Assembly (NCBI GenBank): GCA_963767925.1 | Contig: CAVYGB010000010.1 | Coordinates: 1,088,001-1,152,000, forward strand | Direction of reading: 5' to 3' | Source of the DNA: an uncultured delta proteobacterium | GTDB lineage: Bacteria > Myxococcota_A > Polyangia > Fen-1088 | Length of the DNA stretch: 64,000 nt | Shown here: in pieces, positions 9,930-20,180 of the stretch | Layout: each line of letters opens with the position of its first letter | Position numbering within the stretch: the first letter of the stretch is position 1 | Program-made: the position numbers and the translations under genes | The notes under the pieces: generated by a model | Databases searched by the model: none | What the model was told of the DNA's origin: nothing | What the model saw: the letters and a program-made list of their open reading frames with translations, nothing else

Positions 9930-10832
9930 TCACTTGCTCCGGCGCGCCACCCCACCCTTGTCCGCCCCGGGGGTCATGCGGTCGAAGTCGCGGCGAAAAG
10001 CCACCTCGTCGATCTGGAGACCGTCGATGAGCGCCCCGAAGCTGCGGGCCAGGGCCCCCATGGTGACGGCCTCGCCGATCTCGCGCGCGGTCGCCCCCTC
10101 CAGCTTCGCGAACTCGGTGTCGGCGACCACGCAGTAGCGGCAGGGAACCTGGGCGGCGACCGCCAGGCTGATCAGCGACTTGGTCTTGCCGGGCAGCGCG
10201 CTGGGGCTCATCTCCAGATCCCGCATCTGCAGCCACAACCCGGGCAGCGCCTCGGGCGGCACCCGCTTCATGAACCCGGGCACCGCCCCCAGGGTCTGCT
10301 CGATGTCGGCGAGCGCGGTGGCGGCGTCGACGACCGCGATCGGCTTGCGCGCGGGCGGCTGCCCGGAGGCGGCCGCCTTCGTGATGGTGTCGACGAGCTG
10401 CTTGATCTCGGCGCGGAACCCGGCCTCGTCGAGCTGGATGCCGTGAAAGAAGGTGCTGAAGCGGCTGACCAGGGCGGCGATCGCCACCGCCTCGCCCACC
10501 TCGGCGGTGGTGGCGCCGTTGGCCCGCGCGCAGCGGGTGAACGAGTAGGTGGCGCGGCTGCCGGCCTGGGCGGCCACCGCCACCCCGATCAGCTCCTTCT
10601 CCTTGATCGACAGGGCCGTCTTCGAGCTGTTCTGGAACTCCTTCACCTCCCGCCAGAGGCCGGGCAGCAGGGGCTCGGGGATGGCGGCGACGAAGGCCGG
10701 CACGAAGCCGAGGGTCTTGCCGATGTCGGCCCGGGCGGCGTCGGCGGCGCTGTCGGCGCGGGCCCCCCCGGCGGCGAGCGACACCGAGAGCGAGAGAACG
10801 CAAACTGGGATGAGCTTGAACCTGTGGGTCAT
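9930..10832 (-). CDS. Secreted tandem carboxymuconolactone decarboxylase / AhpD-like protein
   Basis: Signal peptide ending 'ARA'. Two repeats: 'LSIKEKELIGVAVAAQ...GATTAEVGEAV' and 'LPGKTKSLISLAVAAQVPCRYC...GATAREIGEAV'. Confidence 0.85.
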   Translation of the reverse strand: MTHRFKLIPVCVLSLSVSLAAGGARADSAADAARADIGKTLGFVPAFVAAIPEPLLPGLWREVKEFQNSSKTALSIKEKELIGVAVAAQAGSRATYSFTRCARANGATTAEVGEAVAIAALVSRFSTFFHGIQLDEAGFRAEIKQLVDTITKAAASGQPPARKPIAVVDAATALADIEQTLGAVPGFMKRVPPEALPGLWLQMRDLEMSPSALPGKTKSLISLAVAAQVPCRYCVVADTEFAKLEGATAREIGEAVTMGALARSFGALIDGLQIDEVAFRRDFDRMTPGADKGGVARRSK

Positions 10833-10868
10833 GGCGAATCTCCTTTCGCTCCCGGGACGTGATTCGGC

Positions 10869-10885
10869 CCGGAACAGTGTTCCGG
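10869..10885. promoter_or_regulatory. Palindromic operator CCGGAACA-G-TGTTCCGG (extra half-site GTGTTCCTCGG at 10901-10911)
   Basis: Perfect inverted repeat 37 bp upstream of the CMD/AhpD start, with the same 13-bp core as 6423-6439. Confidence 0.6.
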
Positions 10886-10963
10886 ACAGTCCCTTCCCCG
10901 GTGTTCCTCGGTCGAGGGTGGGCCAGCGCGCCGCATCCCGCGCGGCCGAGCGCAGCGCGTCGG

Positions 10964-12385
10964 TCAGCGCGGCCGTGGGGGCCGGACGCGCGCCCGCCGG
11001 CGGCGCCGGGCCGCGCCCACCCCGCCGAGCGCCCCGAGCGCGAGGGCCAGCAGCCCGCCCGCGCCGCTGCGTCCGGCCGACCCGCGGCCGCCGGGCCCGA
11101 GGTGGCAGCCGCAGCCGCCGCCGCCGTCAGCGGGCGCCACCGGGGCGGCGTCGGGGCGGGGGCCGGGCACGAGGTTGGTGGGGCAGGCCGACGCGTCGAA
11201 CACGCCGCGGACCACCTCCTGGATGCAGGCGGCCGAGCAGGTCAGGTCGAGGCGGACCGAGCCCGGGCAGGTCCGGGTCCTGACCACGTCGCGGTAGCGG
11301 GCCACCGGCTCCCAGGTGGTGGCGTCGGCCGAGCGGGCCAGGGCGAAGCCGTCGAGGAGGTTGTCGGTCGAGGCCCACAACAGCCCGGCGCGCTCGGCGA
11401 GGGCCCCGGGGCGGATCGCGGTCGAGCGCAGGGCGAAGCTGGCGCCCCCGTCGCTCGACACGTGCACCCGGCCCCCTTCGGTGTCGGAGATGCCGCCCGC
11501 CACCAGCTCGCCGCCGGCCCGCCGCACGAAGGCGGTCAGGCGGCCGCGCTCGATCACCAGGGCGTCGGCGATGGTGCGGCCACCGTCGCGCGAGATCACC
11601 AGCCGCTCGTCGGGGAAGCCCTGCGCGCGCAGGTAGAGGCGCTCGGGGTCTTCGGGGTCGACGGCGGCGATGCGGAGCTGGTCACCCCGGCTCGGCGCGG
11701 TGACGTCGACGGCGGTGAAGGTCGTCCCGCCGTCGTCGGAGCGCACGATCTCCACCCGGGGCAGCGACCCGCCGCTCACCGTGAGGTACAGCCGCTGCGG
11801 GCGGCTGCGCGCCGACTCGACGCTGTCGATGGTGGCCCCCAGCGGCACCTGGTAGCGGGGCGGGCCGAAGGTGGCGCCGCCGTCGCGCGACAGGTACAGG
11901 CCGAAGCCGTCGGCCGGCGCGGCCAGGCGGGGCCGGGCCACCACCCAGACCCGGTCGGCGTCGCCTGGATCGGCGAAGATGCCGGTCAAGGTGGCGGCCT
12001 GCATCTCGGGGTGGGCCTTCCAGCTACAGGCGCTGTCCTCGCTGACCGCGAAGCCGACCGGGCCAGCGGCGTAAAGGCGCGGCCGCGGACCGGGGCCCAT
12101 TTCGTAGATCCCGGCCAGCAGCCCGTCGCCGTGCTCGCACAGCCACTCCCAGCGGCCGCCGCCGTCGGCGGTCGAGATCACCCCGAAGTTGGTCGCGAGC
12201 AAGATCTGCTCGGGCGCTCCGGGCGGCACGAACACCCGCAACGACCCGGGGAAGGCGCCGTTGGCCCGGGCCGGCGCCGGCGCCAGGGCCAGCGCCGCAG
12301 CGACCACGAAGACGAAGACGACGGCCAGCGCGCTGCCCGCCCCCGCGGCGGCTGGCCGGGGGCGGAGGGACAGCCGGGGGCTCAT
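10964..12385 (-). CDS. BNR/Asp-box repeat surface protein with MYXO-CTERM-like tail
   Basis: ATG at 12385 overlaps the upstream stop. 'ANGAFP' N-terminus, repeated 'S.DGG.TF/W' Asp-boxes, C-terminal 'GGGCGC...LLALALGALG..RRRRR'. Confidence 0.82.
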   Translation of the reverse strand: MSPRLSLRPRPAAAGAGSALAVVFVFVVAAALALAPAPARANGAFPGSLRVFVPPGAPEQILLATNFGVISTADGGGRWEWLCEHGDGLLAGIYEMGPGPRPRLYAAGPVGFAVSEDSACSWKAHPEMQAATLTGIFADPGDADRVWVVARPRLAAPADGFGLYLSRDGGATFGPPRYQVPLGATIDSVESARSRPQRLYLTVSGGSLPRVEIVRSDDGGTTFTAVDVTAPSRGDQLRIAAVDPEDPERLYLRAQGFPDERLVISRDGGRTIADALVIERGRLTAFVRRAGGELVAGGISDTEGGRVHVSSDGGASFALRSTAIRPGALAERAGLLWASTDNLLDGFALARSADATTWEPVARYRDVVRTRTCPGSVRLDLTCSAACIQEVVRGVFDASACPTNLVPGPRPDAAPVAPADGGGGCGCHLGPGGRGSAGRSGAGGLLALALGALGGVGAARRRRRARVRPPRPR

Positions 12386-14058
12386 GCCGGCTGACCGTCG
12401 CTGTGCACGTAGCGGAACCAGAGCAGCTCGTCGAGGTCGGCCCGCCCGCTGCCGGGGTTCCAGCGCGGCGGCGCGGCGGCAGCCTCGTCGCGCAGCCGGC
12501 GGGCGGCGGCCCGGGCCTCGCCGAGGTAGCGGGCCCGCGCCTCGCGCAGCTCCGGCTCGGTCAGCGGCGGATCGCCCGCGCCCGGCTCGGCACAGCCGGT
12601 CGCGGCGGCGAGCGCCTCCACCGTCAGATCGAGGGGCAGCGACACCGGCGCCGGCGTCTCGCGGTGGCGCCAGCCCCCGTCCCGCCAGGACAGGCTGTAG
12701 GCGGGCACGAAGGCCTCCCCCTCGTCGGCGATCAGCTCGACCGCGCTGAGGATGAAGTCGATGTCCTCGGCGCTGGCGTAAAACGGCAGCGTGATCCGCA
12801 CCCAGCCCGGCTTGACTCCCAGGTTGCCCCGGGCGATCTCCTGGCGGAAGCGCTCGGAGCGGGCGCGGTCGATGCCCAGCAGCCGGTGGCCGTAGGGGCC
12901 GGCGCAGGAGCAGCCGGCCCGGTTCTGGATGCCGAACAGGTGGTCGAGCAGCACCGACACCAGGTCGTGGTGCAGCCCCTCGATGTTGAAGGAGATGATC
13001 GCCAGCCGGGGCAGGGCCCGCGGTCCCAGCAGGTGGATGCGGGGGTGGCGGGCCAGCCGGGCCAGGGCCTGCTCGGCCAGCTCGGTCTCGTGGGCCAGGA
13101 TGCGGGCGGCGCCGGCCATCTCCTTGACCAGGAAGGCCACCCCCGCCCGGATGTCGCCGACGATGGCCGGCGTGCCCCCCTCCTCGCGATCCTCGAGGCG
13201 GCGGGTGTAGTCGATCGACCCGCGATCGATGCCCCCCACGTAGTCGACGGTGCCCCCGCCGGGCCGCTCGGGGACCGAGAGGCGGCACAGGCTGCGATCG
13301 AGCACCAGCACACCCGAAGCCTGCGGCCCGCCGATGAACTTGTGGGTCGAGAGCACCACCGCGTCGAGGGCCAGCCCGCCGGGCGGGTGCATGTCGATCG
13401 GCACGTAGGGCGCGGCGGCGGCGTAGTCGAACACCCCCAGCGCCCCCGCCCGCCGCAGCAGCGCCGCCACCGCGGGCACGTCGGTGAGGACACCGGTGAC
13501 GTTGGATGCCGCCGAGAAGGCCCCGATCTTCAGCGGGCGATCGGCGTGACGCTCCAGCTTGCGCGCCAGATCGGCCAGGTCGATCGCCCCGTCGCTGCCG
13601 AGGGCCACCTCGACAACCTCGGCGCTCGACTCGAGCCAGGGCAGCTCGTTGGAGTGGTGCTCGTAGGGCCCCACCAGCACCAGCGGGCGGGGGGCGACGT
13701 CCCAGGCGCCGGGCGCCCGCAGGCCGAGCAGCCCGACAAGCTTGTTGACCGCCGCGGTGGCACCGGCCCCCACCAGCAGCACCACGTCGTCGGGCCCCGC
13801 GTTCACCGAGCGGGCGATGACCCGCCGGGCCTGCTCGCGCAGCTCGCCCATGATCCGACCGGTCGAGGAGATGGCGGTGTGGGTGTTGGCGTAGTAGGGG
13901 CGCAGGCAGCGCACCCAGGTCTCGATGAAGTGAAGAAACCTCCCCGTGGCGGTGAGGTCCGCGTAGCAGAGCAGCCGCCGCCCGAACGGCGTCTCGATGG
14001 CGGTGTCGCGCCCCACCTCGTTCTTCCGGATCAACGTCACCACCTCGGACCAGTCCAT
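12382..14058 (-). CDS. Aminotransferase class V PLP enzyme (cysteine desulfurase-like)
   Basis: 'YADLTATG', 'PYEHHSNELPW', 'SAASNVTG', 'STHKFIGGP', 'RAGCSCAGPYGH'. Confidence 0.9.
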   Translation of the reverse strand: MDWSEVVTLIRKNEVGRDTAIETPFGRRLLCYADLTATGRFLHFIETWVRCLRPYYANTHTAISSTGRIMGELREQARRVIARSVNAGPDDVVLLVGAGATAAVNKLVGLLGLRAPGAWDVAPRPLVLVGPYEHHSNELPWLESSAEVVEVALGSDGAIDLADLARKLERHADRPLKIGAFSAASNVTGVLTDVPAVAALLRRAGALGVFDYAAAAPYVPIDMHPPGGLALDAVVLSTHKFIGGPQASGVLVLDRSLCRLSVPERPGGGTVDYVGGIDRGSIDYTRRLEDREEGGTPAIVGDIRAGVAFLVKEMAGAARILAHETELAEQALARLARHPRIHLLGPRALPRLAIISFNIEGLHHDLVSVLLDHLFGIQNRAGCSCAGPYGHRLLGIDRARSERFRQEIARGNLGVKPGWVRITLPFYASAEDIDFILSAVELIADEGEAFVPAYSLSWRDGGWRHRETPAPVSLPLDLTVEALAAATGCAEPGAGDPPLTEPELREARARYLGEARAAARRLRDEAAAAPPRWNPGSGRADLDELLWFRYVHSDGQPA

Positions 14059-14258
14059 CTCCTGATTCTGGCACGCGCGCCCGGGACCCTGCAGCTTTCC
14101 CCCGGGGGCGCGACCCTCGACGGGCCCGGCGGCGCGAAACCCAAGGGTCGACGGGGCTTACCCCGGAGCACTCGCCCACCAATCGCTCCCGTCGGCGACC
14201 GGCCTGACCCCTGGCCGCCCCGCATTGCGGTCCCCCGGCGGCGCTTCATAGTCCGCGC

Positions 14259-15854
14259 ATGCTGGGAGGAGCCGGACGCCTACCCTGTCGCCGGCGGCGC
14301 GCGCCGCGGGCCTGCGGGCGCGCCGGCTGGCTCACGGCGCTGCTGGCCGCCGCCTGCCCGTCGGCGGGCGCCCGCGCGCAGAGTCCCGCGCCCCCGCCCG
14401 CCGCCTCGACGCTGAAGCTGTCGCTGCCGGAGGCCATCGCGCAGGCCCAGGCGGCCAGCGAGCTTGTCGAGCAGGCGCGCGCCGGGCTCGACCGCACGCG
14501 GGGCGAGAACTACCGCGCCCGCAGCGAGCTGCTGCCCAGCCTGGTGGGGTCGGCCTCGTACGACCGGACCATCGCCTCGGAGTTCGAGGGGCTGTTCGCG
14601 GGCGTGCCGCCCGCGGGCGAGCCGGCCATGCCGGGCAACAGCGGGCCCTCGCTCGAGTCGCTGGAGGCCCTGCCCTTCGGCCAGCGCAACACCTACCGCT
14701 TCGGCCTTTCGGTCTCGCAGAACGTGTACACCGGCGGGCGGGCCCGGGCCCGCCGGGGGCTGGCCGAGGCCAGCGGGCGCCTGGCGGGGAGCGCGCTCGC
14801 CACCGCCCGGGCCCAGGCGGTGCTCGACGTGGCCACCGCCTACAGCGACGCCCTGCTGGCCGAGCGGCTGCTCCAGATCGCCGACGACACCCTGGCCCTC
14901 ACCCGGCAGACGCTGGAGGTGACCCGCGCGGGCAAGGAGGCGGGCGCCCAGCCGGCCTTCGAGGTGCTGCGCGCCCAGGTGGCGGTCGACAACCAGCGGC
15001 CGATCGCCCTGCGCCGGCGCATGAACCGGAACCTGGCGCTGCTGCGGCTGCGGCAGCTCCTCGACCTGCCGGCCGATCGCCCGCTGGCGCTGACCTCCGA
15101 GCTGGAAACGGATCCGCGCCCGCTGACCGCGGCGGCGCGCCAGGCGGCGGGCATCGACGCCCAGCCGGGGCCACGCGCGCCCGTCCTAGACGCCCGCAGC
15201 AACCTCGACGCGCGCGAGGCCTCGCGCGACCTGGCCCGCAGCCAGGGGCTGCCCGCGCTCTCGATCGGATCGCAGCTCGGACGGGTGGCCTACCCGGCCG
15301 ATCTGTGGCCCGCCTGGGGCGAGTTTCGCACCAACTGGACGGTGGGCGCCGCCCTGACCTGGGCCCTGTTCTCCGGTGGGCGCGTGCACGGCGACGTGCT
15401 GGCCGCCGAGGCCGACCTGCGCGAGGCCCGGGCGACGCTCCGCCTGACCGGCGAGCTGGCCGCGCTCGACGACGCCAGCAGCCGGGCCGAGCTCGACAGC
15501 GCCCGGGCGGTGTTCGAGGCCAGCGCCGGGTCGGTCGAGCAGGCCCGGCAGGCCTACCAGCTCGCCGAGCTCCGCTACCGCGAAGGCGTCTCTACCCTGC
15601 TCGAGCTGACCGACGCCCGGCTGGCCCAGCAGATCGCCCACGGCAACCGGGCCCAGGCCGCCCGCGACCTGCTGCTGGCCTCGATCCGCCTGACCCTGCT
15701 GCCCAGCCTGCCGCTGCCCGGTCCCGGGCTGCCCCAGGGCGCCGGCGGCGCTGCTGCGGCCGAGACCCAGGCGCTGCCCGCCGCGCCGGCGGCGGGTGCC
15801 ACCCCCGGCGCCACGCCCTCGCCGGGGGCGGGCGGAGGGGCCTTCCCCCCCTGA
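14259..15854 (+). CDS. TolC-family outer membrane efflux protein
   Basis: 'LSLPEAIAQA', 'AYQLAELRYREGVSTLLELTDA'; first gene of a tripartite pump operon. Confidence 0.88.
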   Translation: MLGGAGRLPCRRRRAPRACGRAGWLTALLAAACPSAGARAQSPAPPPAASTLKLSLPEAIAQAQAASELVEQARAGLDRTRGENYRARSELLPSLVGSASYDRTIASEFEGLFAGVPPAGEPAMPGNSGPSLESLEALPFGQRNTYRFGLSVSQNVYTGGRARARRGLAEASGRLAGSALATARAQAVLDVATAYSDALLAERLLQIADDTLALTRQTLEVTRAGKEAGAQPAFEVLRAQVAVDNQRPIALRRRMNRNLALLRLRQLLDLPADRPLALTSELETDPRPLTAAARQAAGIDAQPGPRAPVLDARSNLDAREASRDLARSQGLPALSIGSQLGRVAYPADLWPAWGEFRTNWTVGAALTWALFSGGRVHGDVLAAEADLREARATLRLTGELAALDDASSRAELDSARAVFEASAGSVEQARQAYQLAELRYREGVSTLLELTDARLAQQIAHGNRAQAARDLLLASIRLTLLPSLPLPGPGLPQGAGGAAAAETQALPAAPAAGATPGATPSPGAGGGAFPP

Positions 15855-15870
15855 CGATGGAGAAGCCGCC

Positions 15871-17006
15871 ATGACCGCCCACCTCCTCCCCGCCCGGACC
15901 GCGCTGCTGGCGCTCACCTGCGCCGTCGCCGCGAGCTGCCGCCCGGGCCCCCCGCCAACGGGCGGCTCCGACGGCGGCGCGGTCGCCACCTTGACCAGCG
16001 CCGACCTCGTCACCGTCTCCGAGCAGGCGGTCCGCACCGGTCCGCGCATCACCGGCCACCTCGAGCCGGCCGAGCGGGCCCAGATGCGGGCGGAGGTCGG
16101 CGGATCGATGAAGGCCGTCGCGGTCGAGGTGGGCCAGCGCGTGCGACGGGGCCAGCTCCTGGGGCGCATCGAGGCGGGCGGCACCCGCGACGCCTACCTC
16201 TCGGCCCGCACCGCCATGCAGTCGGCCGAGACCCAGGTCGCCATCGCCGAGCGCCAGGCCGCGCGCACCGACCGCCTCGTGCGCGCCGGCGCCCTGGCCG
16301 AGCGGGATCGGGAGGTGGCCAGCAACGCCCTGGTCACCGCCCAGGCCCAGCTCGCCGAGACCAAGGCGCGGCTGGTGACCAGCGGCGAGCAGTCGACAAG
16401 ACGACCCTGCAGGCCCCCTTCGCCGGCGTCGTGAGCGAGCGCGCCGTCAACCCGGGCGACGTGGTCAGCCCGGGCACGCTCCTCTTCGCCGTCGCCGATC
16501 CCAGCAGCATGCGGCTGGCCGCCCTGGTGCCGCCGGCCGCCGCCCCGACCCTGGCGATCGGCACCCCGGTCGCCTTCGAGGTGCAGGGCTATCCCGACAG
16601 GACCTTCGCCGGCAAGATCGCCCGGGTGTCGCCGGCCGCCGACCCCGGCACCCGCCAGATCCCCGTCCTCGTCTCCATCCCCAACCCCGGCGGCACCCTG
16701 TTCGCCGGGCTGTTCGCCAGCGGCCGCATCGCCACCGAGCAGCGCCGGGGCCTGGTGGCGCCGCTCGACGCCGTCGACGGCAGCGCCGACCCGCCCACCG
16801 TCAGCCGCCTGCGCGAGGGCGCCGTCGAGCGCGTGCCGGTCGAGCTCGGCCTGCGCGACGAGGTGGAGGAGAAGGTGGAGATCCGCGGCGGCCTGCGGCC
16901 GGGCGACAAGCTGCTGGTGGGCGCCGCCCGCGGCCTGGCCCCCGGGACCCGGGTCCGCCTGCCCCAGGCCCAGGCCCGCCTGCCCGCCCCGCCCCCGGTT
17001 CGCTGA
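15871..17006 (+). CDS. RND efflux periplasmic adaptor subunit, frameshifted near 16392
   Basis: 'VAVEVGQRVRRGQLLGRI' in one frame and 'TLQAPFAGVVSERAVNPGDVV...GKIARVSPAADPGTR' in the next; adding one C after 16392 joins them. Confidence 0.85.
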
Positions 17007-17015
17007 GCCCGCACC

Positions 17016-20000
17016 ATGTGGATCTCGAGCTTCTCCATCCGCAACCCGGTGGTCACCACCGTTGTCATGCTGGCCCTCGTCGTCTTCGGGGTCATCGCCC
17101 TGTTCCGCCTGCAGGTCGACGAGTTCCCCGAGCTCGAGCCGCCGGTTGTCTCGATCAGCGTCCCCTACCCCGGCGCCTCGCCCGAGGTCGTCGAGCGCGA
17201 GGTGCTCGACCGGCTCGAGGAGGCCTTCGGCTCGGTCAGCGGCGTCGACGAGATCCGGGGCACCGCCTCCGACAGCTTCGCCTTCCTGCTCGTGATCTTC
17301 GAGTTCGGGCGCGACCTGCAGGAGGCCAGCCAGGACATCCGCGACCGCATCTCCGAGATCCGCCGGGACCTGCCCCCCGAGATCGAGGAGCCGGTGCTGG
17401 CCCGCTTCGACCCGGCCGCCCTGCCCATCGTGTCGCTCACCCTCACCTCCGCCAGCCGGCCGCCGGCCGAGCTGACCCGCCTGGCCGATCCCGGCGTGGT
17501 GGGGGCCTTGCAGAGCCTGACCGGGGTGGCGGACGTGCGGGTGGTGGGCGGGGTGGAGCCCGAGCTGACCGTCGAGCTGCAGCCGCCCGCCCTGGAGGCG
17601 GCCGGCGTGGGGGTGGCAGAGGTGGTGCAGGCCCTCGCCGCCCAGAACCTGGCCGCCCCGGTCGGGCGCCTGACTGGCCCCCGCGAGGAGCAGACCATCC
17701 GCCTGCGCGGCCGCCTCGAGCGCCCGGCCGACTTCGCCGATCTGGTGGTGCCGGCCCCGGGCGCCCCCCCAGGCCGGCTGGTGCGGCTGGGCGAGCTGGC
17801 CAAGATCCGCGCCGGCAGCGAGGAGCCGCGCAGCCTGGCCCTCTACGACGCCGAGCCCGCCGTCGGCATCGACGTCATCAAGGCCACCGGCGCCAGCACC
17901 ACAACGGTGGCGGAGGCCATCCGCCGCCGGGTGGCCGAGCTGGGCAAGACCCTGCCGCCGGGGGTCGAGCTGCGCATCGTGCGCGACGCCGGTCTGCGGG
18001 TGTCCGAGTCGATGCGCGACGTGCAGACCTCGCTGATCGAGGGCGCCGCCCTCACCGTGCTGGTGGTGTTCCTGTTCCTCGCCTCCTGGCGCTCCACCGT
18101 GATCACCGGGCTGGCCCTGCCGGTGTCGGTGCTGGCCTCGTTCATCGCGGTGTGGGCCTTCGGCTTCACCCTCAACACGATGTCGCTGCTGGGGCTGTCG
18201 CTGGCCATCGGCATCCTCATCGACGACGCCATCGTCGTGCGCGAGAACATCGTGCGCCACATGGAGATGGGCAAGGACCACCTGCGCGCCGCCGAGGAGG
18301 GGACCTCCGAGATCGGCCTGGCGGTGGCGGCCACGACCTTCTCCATCGTGGTGGTCTTCGTCCCCATCGCCTTCATGGGCGGGGTGGCCCAGCAGTGGTT
18401 CGCCCCCCTGGCCCTCACCATCGCCGCCTCGGTGCTTGTCTCGCTGCTTGTGTCGTTCTCCCTGGATCCCATGCTGTCGGCTCACTGGCCCGATCCCGAG
18501 GTGGAGGGCCAGCGCCAGGGCTGGCTGTCGCGCCGACTGCACCGGTTCAACGCCTGGTTCGGGCGCCAGACCACGCGCTACCAGCGGGTCGTCGGGTGGG
18601 CCCTGCGCCACCGGCTCGCCACCCTGGCCATCGCCGCCGGCACCTTCGTGCTGGCCCTGGCCCTGCCCGCGCTGGGGGTGATCGGCAGCGCCTTCTTCCC
18701 CGACCAGGACCGCTCGGAGTTCGAGATCACGATCTTGACCTCGCCCGGCTCCCTCGAGGAGACGCGCGGTCGGGTGGCCGCCGCCGCCACCCTGGCCCGC
18801 CAGAGCCGCGAGGTGGCCTACACCTACGCCACCGTCGGCGGGCCCACCGAGGCGGTCGACGAGGCCAGCATCTACGTGCGCCTGGTGCCCCGCCACGCCC
18901 GGGAGCGCGGGCAGGCGGAGGTCGCCCGCGAGCTGCGCGACCGGGTCCGCACCATCCCCGGCATGACCGCCGCCCTGTCGACCGGCGGCTTCGGGGCGGA
19001 GAAGCAGATCCAGCTCCAGCTCAAGGGCCCCGACAGCGCCGTGCTGGGCCGCCTGGCCGAGGCGATGGCCGCGCGCGTGCGCCAGGTGCCGGGCGCGGTC
19101 GACGTGGGCCTGTCGAGCAAGGGCCTGCGCCCGGAGCTGGAGGTGGTGCTCGACCGCGAGCTGAGCGCGAGCCTCGGCGTGACCACCGCCCATGTGGCCC
19201 AGGCCCTGCGCCCGGCCTTCGCCGGGCTCGACGCCGGCGACTGGGTCGATCCGGCGGGCGAGAACCGGGACGTGATGGTGCGGCTGGGGCCGCAGTGGCG
19301 GACCACCCCGGCCGATGTGGCCCGCTTGCCCCTGCTCATCGCCCGCCCCCCCGGCGAGGCGGCGGCCGGCCCGGCCGCCATCCCGCTGGGGCAGGTCGCG
19401 CAGCTCCGTCCGGGGACCGCGGCGGCGGTGGTCAACCACCTCGACGGCGAGCGGGTGGTGGTGGTGGGCGCCAACACCGAGGGCCGGCCCCTCAACCAGG
19501 TGGTGGCCGACATCGGGCGCCGGCTGCAGGGGCTGACCCTGCCCCCCGGCTACAGCATCGGACAGGGCGGAGAGACCGAGGGGCAGCAGGAGGTGTTCGG
19601 CCGGATCCTTGTCTCGCTCGGGGTGGCGGTGATGCTGATGTATTTCATCCTCGTCATCCAGTTCCGGTCGTTCCTCGACCCGCTGGCCATCATGGCCTCG
19701 CTGCCGCTGTCGCTGATCGGCGTGATGCTGGCCCTGGCCATCACCGGCTCGACCCTCAACATCATGAGCCTGATCGGCGTCATCCTCCTGATGGGGATCG
19801 TGGCCAAGAACGCCATCTTGCTCATCGACTTCGCCAAGTGGGCCGAGGCGCGGGGGGTGAACCGGGAGACCGCCCTGGTCGAGGCCGGCGGCGTCCGCCT
19901 GCGCCCGATCTTGATGACCAGCGTGGCCATCATCGCCGGCATGATGCCGGTGGCCCTCGGGGTGGGCGGGGAAGGGGCCGACTTCCGGGCCCCCCTCGGC

Positions 20001-20180
20001 CGGGCCGTGATCGGCGGGGTCATCACCTCGACCCTGCTCACCCTGCTGGTGATCCCCACGCTCTACGACATCCTGGCCCGGGGTCGCGACCGGGCGCAGG
20101 CGCGCCTCCGCCGCCGCACGCGGCGGAGGGCGCGGCTACCCGCTCAGGAAGACGAGGGCAGGGCCGGCACGATCGTGTAG
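17016..20180 (+). CDS. RND efflux transporter permease (AcrB/AcrD/AcrF family)
   Basis: 1054 aa; 'GILIDDAIVVRENI', 'GIVAKNAILLIDF', 'RLRPILMTS'. Confidence 0.95.
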   Translation: MWISSFSIRNPVVTTVVMLALVVFGVIALFRLQVDEFPELEPPVVSISVPYPGASPEVVEREVLDRLEEAFGSVSGVDEIRGTASDSFAFLLVIFEFGRDLQEASQDIRDRISEIRRDLPPEIEEPVLARFDPAALPIVSLTLTSASRPPAELTRLADPGVVGALQSLTGVADVRVVGGVEPELTVELQPPALEAAGVGVAEVVQALAAQNLAAPVGRLTGPREEQTIRLRGRLERPADFADLVVPAPGAPPGRLVRLGELAKIRAGSEEPRSLALYDAEPAVGIDVIKATGASTTTVAEAIRRRVAELGKTLPPGVELRIVRDAGLRVSESMRDVQTSLIEGAALTVLVVFLFLASWRSTVITGLALPVSVLASFIAVWAFGFTLNTMSLLGLSLAIGILIDDAIVVRENIVRHMEMGKDHLRAAEEGTSEIGLAVAATTFSIVVVFVPIAFMGGVAQQWFAPLALTIAASVLVSLLVSFSLDPMLSAHWPDPEVEGQRQGWLSRRLHRFNAWFGRQTTRYQRVVGWALRHRLATLAIAAGTFVLALALPALGVIGSAFFPDQDRSEFEITILTSPGSLEETRGRVAAAATLARQSREVAYTYATVGGPTEAVDEASIYVRLVPRHARERGQAEVARELRDRVRTIPGMTAALSTGGFGAEKQIQLQLKGPDSAVLGRLAEAMAARVRQVPGAVDVGLSSKGLRPELEVVLDRELSASLGVTTAHVAQALRPAFAGLDAGDWVDPAGENRDVMVRLGPQWRTTPADVARLPLLIARPPGEAAAGPAAIPLGQVAQLRPGTAAAVVNHLDGERVVVVGANTEGRPLNQVVADIGRRLQGLTLPPGYSIGQGGETEGQQEVFGRILVSLGVAVMLMYFILVIQFRSFLDPLAIMASLPLSLIGVMLALAITGSTLNIMSLIGVILLMGIVAKNAILLIDFAKWAEARGVNRETALVEAGGVRLRPILMTSVAIIAGMMPVALGVGGEGADFRAPLGRAVIGGVITSTLLTLLVIPTLYDILARGRDRAQARLRRRTRRRARLPAQEDEGRAGTIV

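Noticed and set aside
14068..14085. TGGCACG as a sigma-54 promoter for the efflux operon
   Set aside because: It lacks the GC at the -12 position.
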